Shown: piece by piece, positions 9,449-16,662 of the stretch
How positions within the stretch are numbered: the stretch's first letter is position 1
Layout: each line of letters begins with the position of its first letter
From: Promethearchaeia archaeon
Lineage (GTDB): Archaea > Asgardarchaeota > Lokiarchaeia > Sigyniarchaeales > SOKP01
Assembly (NCBI GenBank): GCA_046497275.1
Contig: JAWOFX010000007.1
Coordinates: 60,001 to 92,000 of the forward strand
Reading direction: 5' to 3'
Length of the DNA: 32,000 bases
Translations under genes and position numbers: made by a program
Notes under the pieces: model-generated
Told to the model about the DNA's origin: nothing
What the model saw: the letters and a program-made list of their open reading frames with translations, nothing else
The model's database searches: none

Positions 9449-10261
9449 TCATCTGCTAAAAAAAAGTTTGATCTCACTCTTAATCTTTTCAAACTCATTG
9501 TCTTCAAAAGGTTCATGATCCATATCTTTAATTACTATTAATATTAAATCTTTATGTTGGTTTTTTACAAGAAAATTTACTTCTTTTAATGGAGTTATTT
9601 TGTCATCTTCACCCATTATTATCTTCAATTTCTTATATTGAAGTTTTTCTGCTACTTGATTCAAATTTAGATGCTTCTCAGACAATTCTTCTTTTGTTGA
9701 TTTGATAAATTCCTGGATGTCATTAGTTCCTCTAATACTGGTTGGTAGAAATTTTTTTATATATTCTAAAACTCTTTTAAAATCCTCTTGAAAGACATGC
9801 TTTTCCAAATCTATAATAGGACTTATCAGTAAAAGACGATTTATAAGATCTATTTTATGAGTTAGAAGCAAAGCAATATAAGCTCCCAAATCATTGGCAA
9901 TTATATTTATATCATCTAAATCGAAAATATTTTTATCTGCCATCTTCGATACAAATTCACATACACTTAATCCATCAGAAACCTGCGATCTCAGAGATAT
10001 TTCACCCTCACTTAATCTATAACCTCGAAAATTAAACATAAGGAAAGCATAACCCATTTCTAATAGATATTTGTAATCTCTTATAATATTTTGAAAGGAT
10101 AATAGTTGAGGAAATTCATGAAAATAGATTATGAGAGGATAAGGTTTTAAAAATTTATTAGGTGGAAAATATAAAATCCCCCTTATTCTCTCTCCTTGAT
10201 TATGAATTTCGATTTCAAAAACCTCAAATTTCCCGTCATATTGTTTATCTTTAAATTCCAT
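9449..10261 (-). CDS. Alpha/beta hydrolase fold protein with atypical nucleophile elbow
   Basis: GERIRGILYFP, FNFRGYRLSEG, IIANDLGAYIAL (elbow position), IIMGEDDKITP, MDH. Confidence 0.8.
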   Translation of the reverse strand: MEFKDKQYDGKFEVFEIEIHNQGERIRGILYFPPNKFLKPYPLIIYFHEFPQLLSFQNIIRDYKYLLEMGYAFLMFNFRGYRLSEGEISLRSQVSDGLSVCEFVSKMADKNIFDLDDINIIANDLGAYIALLLTHKIDLINRLLLISPIIDLEKHVFQEDFKRVLEYIKKFLPTSIRGTNDIQEFIKSTKEELSEKHLNLNQVAEKLQYKKLKIIMGEDDKITPLKEVNFLVKNQHKDLILIVIKDMDHEPFEDNEFEKIKSEIKLFFSR

Positions 10262-10382
10262 GCTATTAACATTTATAATAGATAATAAACAAAAATAAAT
10301 TTTCTAGTTTATTTTCTTATATAATTTGTTATAAAATTTAAATTGCCAATTAAAATTAAGTTTTGGTAAAAGAGATAAAAGA

Positions 10383-11228
10383 ATGTGTGAAGATTGGCAT
10401 ACTCATAATCGTCTTTGCCGACACGCTGAAGGAAATATTGAAGATTACATACAATCAGCAATTAATAAAAATTTAAAGACTATAGGGATTAGTGATCATT
10501 TTCCCTATGAATTCTATCAAAATTTCGAAAGAATTCCATACCAAGAATATAGTATGAATCTTGCCGAAATTGGTGATTATATAGAAACAGTTGAAGATTT
10601 TAAAAAAAAATATCAGAATAAAATTAATATTAGATTATCTTTTGAAATTGACTATATACTGAATCAAGAAGATTTATTGAATACTCACTTAAATAAAATA
10701 AAAGAAAAGCTTGATTATATATTAGGATCTTTACATGTATTATATTCCGAGAATGGACCATGGTGCTTTGATGACAGTAAATTTTTAAAAGAATTTGACC
10801 TATATAGAACTATCGATAATGTGTATCTTGAATATTATGAAATGCTGTTAAAAATGATTGAGAATAAGAATTTTGATTTTGATATTGTCAGCCATCTTGA
10901 TTTGCCGAAAAAGTTTGGAAAATTACCTGAGAATAAGATTTTGGTTCAAGAAAAAGTTGATAAAGGCCTAGAAAGTATAAAAAAACGAGATTTAACCATA
11001 GAAATTAATACAAGTGGATTTAGAAAGGAAATCGGAGAGCAATATCCAAGTATAGATATTATTAAAAAAATGTACGAATTAGATATCCCAATTATTTTAG
11101 GTTCCGATGCGCATAATCCTGAAGAAGTCGCATATATGTTTAAGGATATGATAAATATACTGCAGGATATCGGATATTCTCAATTAGTTCATTTCGAGAA
11201 TCGAAAAATAAGCTTTATAGAAATTTAA
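10383..11228 (+). CDS. hisK: PHP-family histidinol-phosphatase (HisJ/HisK type)
   Basis: DWHTHN..CRHA, GISDHFP, GSLH, VSHLDLPKK, EINTSG, GSDAHNP. Confidence 0.88.
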   Translation: MCEDWHTHNRLCRHAEGNIEDYIQSAINKNLKTIGISDHFPYEFYQNFERIPYQEYSMNLAEIGDYIETVEDFKKKYQNKINIRLSFEIDYILNQEDLLNTHLNKIKEKLDYILGSLHVLYSENGPWCFDDSKFLKEFDLYRTIDNVYLEYYEMLLKMIENKNFDFDIVSHLDLPKKFGKLPENKILVQEKVDKGLESIKKRDLTIEINTSGFRKEIGEQYPSIDIIKKMYELDIPIILGSDAHNPEEVAYMFKDMINILQDIGYSQLVHFENRKISFIEI

Positions 11229-11251
11229 TTTTAATAGAAGATTATTAGTTT

Positions 11252-11383
11252 TTAATCATTGAAGGTAATAAACTTAGTAGGATCACATTTGGAGTCTTGT
11301 ATTGCAAATGTACAGAAAGCAATTTGATCTTCTATGAGTTCAAGAATTATTTCAGATTCAACTCCCTTTTGTTTTTTTTCCAT
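11252..11383 (-). CDS. Possible 43-aa ORF at the end of the DGC operon
   Basis: ATG at 11383 overlaps the end of the upstream DGC gene: MEKKQKGVESEIILELIEDQIAFCTFAIQDSKCDPTKFITFND. No recognised homology. Confidence 0.3.
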   Translation of the reverse strand: MEKKQKGVESEIILELIEDQIAFCTFAIQDSKCDPTKFITFND

Positions 11384-11789
11384 AAAACTCATCAACTTTT
11401 TGAGCAATCTCTTCCGCAATAATTTTTGCTAATTCTAATCCTTTTTCACCTAATCTTCGAGGATTTTCTGGAACTAATTCGGGATGACTGTCTATAAATT
11501 TCTTTACATTAATAGTTGCTGCGGGACTCCCGCTATATTGATCAACAGCAATTCTTGCACATTCTTCTTCGCAGCCCTCTATTGTTATAGTCGGGTGGTT
11601 TTTTGCAAAATCTCTTTCCTCTTGTCCACCATGTCTTTCTAACCCTCCTGCCATGAAAAGAGGTTGACACAAGATAATAGTATTATTGGGACGTAAATCC
11701 TCAACTACCATTCTTGCTGCTGCTCTTGTTAGAGTCCCTCCAACTAAATCCTCACCGCTACATGCGATAATTCCTACTTTCTTCTTCAT
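11358..11789 (-). CDS. DGC-domain putative Zn/metal-binding protein (paralog 3, EGC variant)
   Basis: IIACSG ... LCQP ... ITIEGCEEECA (four Cys); SD GAGGTGA upstream. Confidence 0.85.
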   Translation of the reverse strand: MKKKVGIIACSGEDLVGGTLTRAAARMVVEDLRPNNTIILCQPLFMAGGLERHGGQEERDFAKNHPTITIEGCEEECARIAVDQYSGSPAATINVKKFIDSHPELVPENPRRLGEKGLELAKIIAEEIAQKVDEFYGKKTKGS

Positions 11790-12209
11790 TTATTCATTCA
11801 CCTCACCATTTTCAAGTAATTTCTCTACTTTATTTGCTACTTTCTCAGCTAATTTTTGGGACAGCTTTTTGGTATTTTCCTCAATCGGTATTATTTTCTG
11901 TTCAGGCTTAAGATCTCGATTTTCTTTAATTACATCTATAGTCATAAAAGTTGCATCAACATTTCCCGCAGCTTCATTAATATCATTGTAAGAACATTTT
12001 AATGGACAACCGTCGATAGCAATGACATAATTTTCTTTTAATCGTTCAATTACTTCTTTTTTGCCTTTCACAATTAATGGTAAGCATTCGATTTCCGCTT
12101 TCCCTTTAGCCAATTCATCTACAACGATATAAGCAGCTTCTCTGCCAATACTGCCAAAAACCTTACCAATCCCACTACATGGGATAATATATACTTTTTT
12201 TTCATTCAT
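11790..12209 (-). CDS. DGC-domain putative Zn/metal-binding protein (paralog 2)
   Basis: IIPCSG ... ECLP ... IAIDGCPLKCS. Confidence 0.88.
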   Translation of the reverse strand: MNEKKVYIIPCSGIGKVFGSIGREAAYIVVDELAKGKAEIECLPLIVKGKKEVIERLKENYVIAIDGCPLKCSYNDINEAAGNVDATFMTIDVIKENRDLKPEQKIIPIEENTKKLSQKLAEKVANKVEKLLENGEVNE

Positions 12210-12214
12210 AATGA

Positions 12215-13090
12215 TCAATTTTCATCTTTATTTTGTCGACTTTCTTTTTCTGCTTTGTTTTTCATATAATTAAAATAATTTGTACCATTCATTACCAATT
12301 GTTTATCTTCCTCAAAATTCCTCAATTCAAGTTCTAAGAACCATCCTTGTTCATAAGGGTCTTGATTCATCAATTCTGGTGAATCTTCTAAGTTTCTATT
12401 AACATTAATAACTTTTCCAGATCCGGGAGAGATCAATTGTAAGACAGTTTTAGTCGACTCAAAACTCCCCACGTCGTCAAATTGTTCAATTTCTTTTCCA
12501 ATCTCTGGTAGATCTACAAATAAAATATCAGATGCTTTGTTCTGTAAGTAATCAGTTATCCCCATTAAAGCCGTGTCACCTTCAGGTTTAATCCAACAAT
12601 CATTTTCATTGAAAAAATATCCCTCTTTTGGAACCCTAAAATGATATTTATCGATTGTTGTTTTAAAGTATTCGATTTCTTCAAACTTCTTTTTAGTAAT
12701 AGACTTTTCTTTAGGTTTCTCTAATTCCTCAATAATACTTTTTACTATAGCATTAATCAAGTTCTTACCATCTTGGTTGAGAACTAAACCTGTTCCTGGC
12801 TTAAAATCAAATTTTTTGATCATATCTGGTATAAAAATCCTTTTAAATATTTTTTCCTCTCGCTCTTCAATTAAATCTGTAGCGCACCTTGTCATACATC
12901 CATCGATTACTAAGACTTTAGAATCCTCTACAATTTCTTCATATTTCTCATCCCCTCTGTTTAAAGACACAGGACAAACGATCTCTATTTCAGGTTTCTT
13001 TTCATTTAACTTCAATGCAACATTTCTTGCTATTACTCCCAATGATTTATCTAAACCATTACAAGGTAAAACACACAGTTTTTCTGTCAT
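12215..13090 (-). CDS. DGC domain fused to a glycine-cleavage-H-like lipoyl carrier
   Basis: N-term VLPCNG...VCP...VIDGCMTRCA. C-term YFFNENDCWIK..GDTALMGITDY..NKASDILFVDLP..G......VGSFESTKTVLQLISPGSGKVINVN.......LMNQDPYEQGW is GcvH-like, with the lipoyl Lys214 (12449-12451) intact. Confidence 0.92.
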   Translation of the reverse strand: MTEKLCVLPCNGLDKSLGVIARNVALKLNEKKPEIEIVCPVSLNRGDEKYEEIVEDSKVLVIDGCMTRCATDLIEEREEKIFKRIFIPDMIKKFDFKPGTGLVLNQDGKNLINAIVKSIIEELEKPKEKSITKKKFEEIEYFKTTIDKYHFRVPKEGYFFNENDCWIKPEGDTALMGITDYLQNKASDILFVDLPEIGKEIEQFDDVGSFESTKTVLQLISPGSGKVINVNRNLEDSPELMNQDPYEQGWFLELELRNFEEDKQLVMNGTNYFNYMKNKAEKESRQNKDEN

Positions 13091-13105
13091 ATTATATCGA
13101 CCCTA

Positions 13106-13405
13106 TTATTGACTATTTCTTAATTTTTTTATATATTCTTTAATTTCTGTTTTATCTGGGAAATCAAGGGCATCTGGAGAACAAGCCTTGGAACATGCTC
13201 TACAAAAAACGACACAATTATTAGGATTTTTAACTATCAATTGTTTTTCTTCTTGCTCTCGCACTTCGAATACATCATGAGGACAAAATTTTACACATTC
13301 CATACAATAATCGCATTTATCATAATCAATTCTGGGATACCAGTCTATCTTATTTCTTGGAACACCCATAAAGGTTTCAGTTTCAGAGTCATACTCTTTA
13401 CTCAT
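13106..13405 (-). CDS. 2x[4Fe-4S] ferredoxin-like protein
   Basis: CDYCMECVKFCP and CVVFCRACSKACSP. Confidence 0.92.
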   Translation of the reverse strand: MSKEYDSETETFMGVPRNKIDWYPRIDYDKCDYCMECVKFCPHDVFEVREQEEKQLIVKNPNNCVVFCRACSKACSPDALDFPDKTEIKEYIKKLRNSQ

Positions 13406-13790
13406 CTTTTTTCTCCTCCTCTAATTCTTTCAATGTTTTTTCTACTAAATCTACAGCTTCTTGGGTGCTCATTTCTCTAATATCTAAAGGAATAAGATCT
13501 TTTTTAACATCAAGACCTACATTTTTAAAGGCATCTCTAAAAAGCTTGTATTGCATATTAGGAGCGCACCCTCCTACAATATATTTTCGACCAGGACGTA
13601 AAAAATCCTCCAAAAAGCGGTCTCCATCTTCCTCACAAAGTTGTGGATGTATAAAACCATATTCAACGGGTAGCTCAATACGAACTTGGTTTATAAAATC
13701 CCAAATATCCATTTTCGCAAATCCTGGGCATTTTCCTGTACAGACACACATTATAAAACCTACTTTTTTATCTTTCGATTCAATACTCAT
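13398..13790 (-). CDS. Stand-alone HdrA N-terminal-domain-like Fe-S protein
   Basis: KVGFIMCVCTGKC, HPQLCEEDG, YIVGGCAP, LDIRE parallel the HdrA N-terminal CxC / LC / ACSP / NIRE pattern; no FAD domain follows. Confidence 0.78.
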   Translation of the reverse strand: MSIESKDKKVGFIMCVCTGKCPGFAKMDIWDFINQVRIELPVEYGFIHPQLCEEDGDRFLEDFLRPGRKYIVGGCAPNMQYKLFRDAFKNVGLDVKKDLIPLDIREMSTQEAVDLVEKTLKELEEEKKDE

Positions 13791-13878
13791 CAAAAATCAC
13801 TCAGCTTTTCTTTTTTTTATGGAAATAATTATTTTTAATAAAATCACAAGATTTATATTATATATTCGTTTATAAATA

Positions 13879-13904
13879 TATGTATTAAAACGCATAAATG
13901 CATA
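13879..13904. promoter_or_regulatory. Imperfect inverted repeat in the divergent promoter, candidate ArsR operator
   Basis: TATGTATT-N10-AATGCATA, containing GCATAAATGC, directly upstream of arsR. The AT-rich context weakens it. Confidence 0.35.
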
Positions 13905-13925
13905 AAAATTATTAGTTTGATTAAA

Positions 13926-14246
13926 ATGGAAATTGATGATTTAAGATTGGAAGTTTTAAAAGCATTATCAGATGAAACAAGGTTAAAATTATTAGATTAT
14001 TTGAAACATGGAGAAGAGATATGTGTTTGTGAAATTGAAAGAGATTTCGACAAATCTCAATCTACATTATCGCGTCATTTAAAAACTCTCGAAGATGCAG
14101 ATATAATTAAGAGTCGAAAAGTGGGGATAAAAAAGTTTTTTAGTATAAAAGATACTCAGGTTTTTAAAATATTAGCGGTAATTGATAATCTAATTAAAAG
14201 AAATAAAAAATATGAAAAAATTATTGAAATTCAGCAATCATTATAA
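13926..14246 (+). CDS. arsR: ArsR/SmtB repressor, As(III)-sensing CVC type
   Basis: KALSDETRL, EICVCEI, SQSTLSRHLKTL. Confidence 0.92.
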   Translation: MEIDDLRLEVLKALSDETRLKLLDYLKHGEEICVCEIERDFDKSQSTLSRHLKTLEDADIIKSRKVGIKKFFSIKDTQVFKILAVIDNLIKRNKKYEKIIEIQQSL

Positions 14247-14257
14247 GAGGTGAGCAA

Positions 14258-14548
14258 ATGACAGAACTCAAACAAGATGAACAGAAAAATAAATTAAATG
14301 TTGATATTTATGTTCCATTGAATGTGTGTGCATGTCAATGGGAAAGTTTCATGAACTTGGTATTTAGAGTTTTAACGGAATATAATGAATATATAGATTT
14401 CGAAACGAAAAATCTTAATTCTGAGGAGGCCCGCGAATTGAACCTTCACGGAAATAGCATTGTTATTGATGGTAAAGAGGTTGTTACAAGTTCCTTTGCG
14501 CTTAAAAGGAAATTACCAGAAATTTTGAAAGAAAAAGGTTTGATATAA
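14258..14548 (+). CDS. Small thioredoxin-like-fold protein with CxC
   Basis: SD GAGGTGA; VDIYVPLNVCAC followed by a helix and late SIVIDG. The fold assignment is pattern-based only. Confidence 0.55.
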   Translation: MTELKQDEQKNKLNVDIYVPLNVCACQWESFMNLVFRVLTEYNEYIDFETKNLNSEEARELNLHGNSIVIDGKEVVTSSFALKRKLPEILKEKGLI

Positions 14549-14549
14549 T

Positions 14550-15023
14550 GTGAGAGAACTAGAAGAAAAATTTGAAAATATCATATTGATACCTTGTTCA
14601 GGTTCCGAATATCATGGGGAGTTAGCCCGTCGGGTAGCTATAAGTTTAGCTGAAAAGAGTGAAATCTCCATGTTGGCTTCAATGACATGCTCAACCATTT
14701 TTCTTAAAAATGTGTTATTAGAGAAGGAGCAACTGGTTGAAATATCAAAAAATCACTTGAAGAATTCATTTGTTGTAATAATAAATGGGTGCCATACTTC
14801 TTGTTCAAGTCAAATTTATGAACATTTGGGAATTTCACCAGATCTAATCATCTCCGTTCAAGACGTTATCCCTAAACAACGCATTAATTTCAATGATATA
14901 AATTCATTTAAAAATCAAAGAAAATTGAGTGAAATAAAGACTGAAGACATTCAAAAAGTAGTGGATCACGTAATAAGGCAACTTGAAAATAGAGGTCTTG
15001 ATATAGAAACAATTAAGACTTAG
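14550..15023 (+). CDS. DGC-domain protein (paralog 4, NGC variant)
   Basis: LIPCSG ... MTCS ... IINGCHTSCS; GTG start 1 nt after the upstream stop. Confidence 0.8.
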   Translation: MRELEEKFENIILIPCSGSEYHGELARRVAISLAEKSEISMLASMTCSTIFLKNVLLEKEQLVEISKNHLKNSFVVIINGCHTSCSSQIYEHLGISPDLIISVQDVIPKQRINFNDINSFKNQRKLSEIKTEDIQKVVDHVIRQLENRGLDIETIKT

Positions 15024-15132
15024 GACTCAACAAATTTTTTTGAATCCAAACGATTGGGCAATTGTCTTTATCTACAGTATCGATCTTAGATAGTAAAAAA
15101 GATTCATTCAATTTTAATTACTAATCCCGATT

Positions 15133-15585
15133 CTACCTTAGAGGTCCCTTATAGTATTTAGACCCTGGACACCCAATACATTGATCTTTTATGAATGATT
15201 TACAAAATTTACAGCATACCCCACATGGAGAATCTTCATTCAATTGATCCAATTTTGAAACCTCAATTTCAAAAAAGAGATCTTTTCTTTCGTTTTCTGC
15301 TAAAATATGAATATTTGATTTTCTCACACCATTAATATTATAAAGTAAACACTGATTTGTAATGGTATCTACTAATTCAAAATCTTCACAAAAGAATAAA
15401 AGAAAAAGATTATATTCACCAATTAATCGGTGGTACATTAATACTCTTGGGCATTTTGAATAAATTTTTACCACATGTTCATAGGCTTGTGATTCCACTT
15501 CCAAAAGAAGTAATATGAGAGGAAAATTCAACTTTGAAATGTTTATTTTAATACAAGGTTTTATATAATTATTTTCTATCAATGA
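15133..15585 (-). pseudogene. Lrp/AsnC-family regulator with Cys-rich tail, HTH missing (5'-truncated)
   Basis: SLIENNYIKPCIKIN...CPRVLMYHRLIGEYNL...PCGVCCKFC....QCIGCP fits an AsnC ligand-binding domain plus Cys tail. The first 17 aa of the track ORF are the antisense of the neighbouring gene, not an HTH. Confidence 0.7.
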
Positions 15586-15802
15586 AAAAACGATATGTTT
15601 ATTGCAAAATGCCGTATATTTTGCTAATAAAAACATAAAAGAAATAGGGGATGCACTTGATCAAGGATTAAAAGTAATTGCATGTGAAGAAGATATCACT
15701 ATTCGTGGATTAAAAGGATATATTTACGACAACGTAGAAATAAAGGATTATGGCGAAATCATCGATATCGTGCTCTCAAATGATTCTATAATCAATATTT
15801 AG
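15584..15802 (+). pseudogene. DsrH/TusB-like sulfur-relay protein, 5'-truncated
   Basis: EKTICLLQNAVYFA...KVIACEEDITIRGL....IKDYGEIIDIV resembles DsrH/TusB. An in-frame TAA at 15566-15568 leaves no room for the N-terminus. Confidence 0.6.
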
Positions 15803-15924
15803 AAAATTATAAATATTTTTTTTATTTTTTCTGTTTAATTCATTATAATCTAATTTCATGCTAATTGATATTTTCGCATTTATGAATTCATACACTAGAG
15901 AAATGAGTTTTGTCCAAAATTATA

Positions 15925-15990
15925 CTATTCTAAATATAGGGGACCACCCTACGGTCCATCTTTCACTATTATTTTTTTGAAAGATCTCAT
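15925..15990 (-). pseudogene. Possible decayed 5' remnant of a CDGSH-type gene
   Basis: MRSFKKIIVKDGP*GGPLYLE* resembles the 'I.KDGPY...GG.PL' N-terminus of CDGSH Fe-S proteins; very short. Confidence 0.25.
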
Positions 15991-16129
15991 CCCAATTAGT
16001 TAAATATTGTTATTATTGTTTTCGTTTTACATTGAAATAATGTGCAAATTTTTCATTATTTTTTCCAAATTTTTTGCGAATAAGCGTTTTAAACTCGCCT
16101 TTATCCAATCTATTTCTCACCTTTTCTCA

Positions 16130-16495
16130 TCAACATCCGGAGTCAGGTTGTATATCGATCACGCTATCGGGATATAAATTGAAATGGATGTTCTCTCGTA
16201 ACGGCATAAATTTCCTTAGATTTCCATTTTCATCGGGACCATAAGCATATAATCCAATATCTTCATAAATCTTATCTTTTTTTGGATTCCATACTAATTG
16301 AAGATAATAATATATATAGTCTTCATATATCGGAAAAATCGATTCTTCGGGGTGCTCGTGTATATATTTATCAACCTTTGCTAATGCTTCTACGACATCC
16401 GTATCATCCTCAAGTTCAAGACTAAACGTTTTCCCTTGTTCTAATCCCGTTAATGGGATACTAATTTTTATTGTAACTTTTTTAATAGGAACCAC
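16130..16495 (-). CDS. Hypothetical protein, possibly beta-grasp/MoaD-like, ending in -SGC
   Basis: VTIKISIP..., LELEDDTDVVEALAKV, ...SVIDIQPDSGC followed by TGA TGA; GTG start. The fold is a guess from the pattern. Confidence 0.7.
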   Translation of the reverse strand: MVPIKKVTIKISIPLTGLEQGKTFSLELEDDTDVVEALAKVDKYIHEHPEESIFPIYEDYIYYYLQLVWNPKKDKIYEDIGLYAYGPDENGNLRKFMPLRENIHFNLYPDSVIDIQPDSGC

Positions 16496-16584
16496 CTATT
16501 TTCTTGTTAGTCATTTATATTTATTTTATTTCCCTTATTTTGTATTATTATTTTTTAAAAAAAATTATCCAAATCGATATTAGT

Positions 16585-16604
16585 AAATCTGAATCGATAG
16601 ATTT
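16585..16604. promoter_or_regulatory. Inverted repeat upstream of acr3, candidate ArsR operator
   Basis: AAATCT-GAATCGAT-AGATTT, with a second ATCGAT at 16573-16578. Confidence 0.35.
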
Positions 16605-16662
16605 TAATATAATAATATTATATATTATATAAAAATATCTAATAAGAAAATAATGAAATAAA

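Noticed and set aside
15940-16110. SECIS element downstream of the GC-ending gene
   Set aside because: The short stems (GGACC/GGTCC, GCGAGT/ATTCGC, TTTGCA/TGTAAA) do not form the RUGA/GA core with a proper flanking helix on manual inspection.
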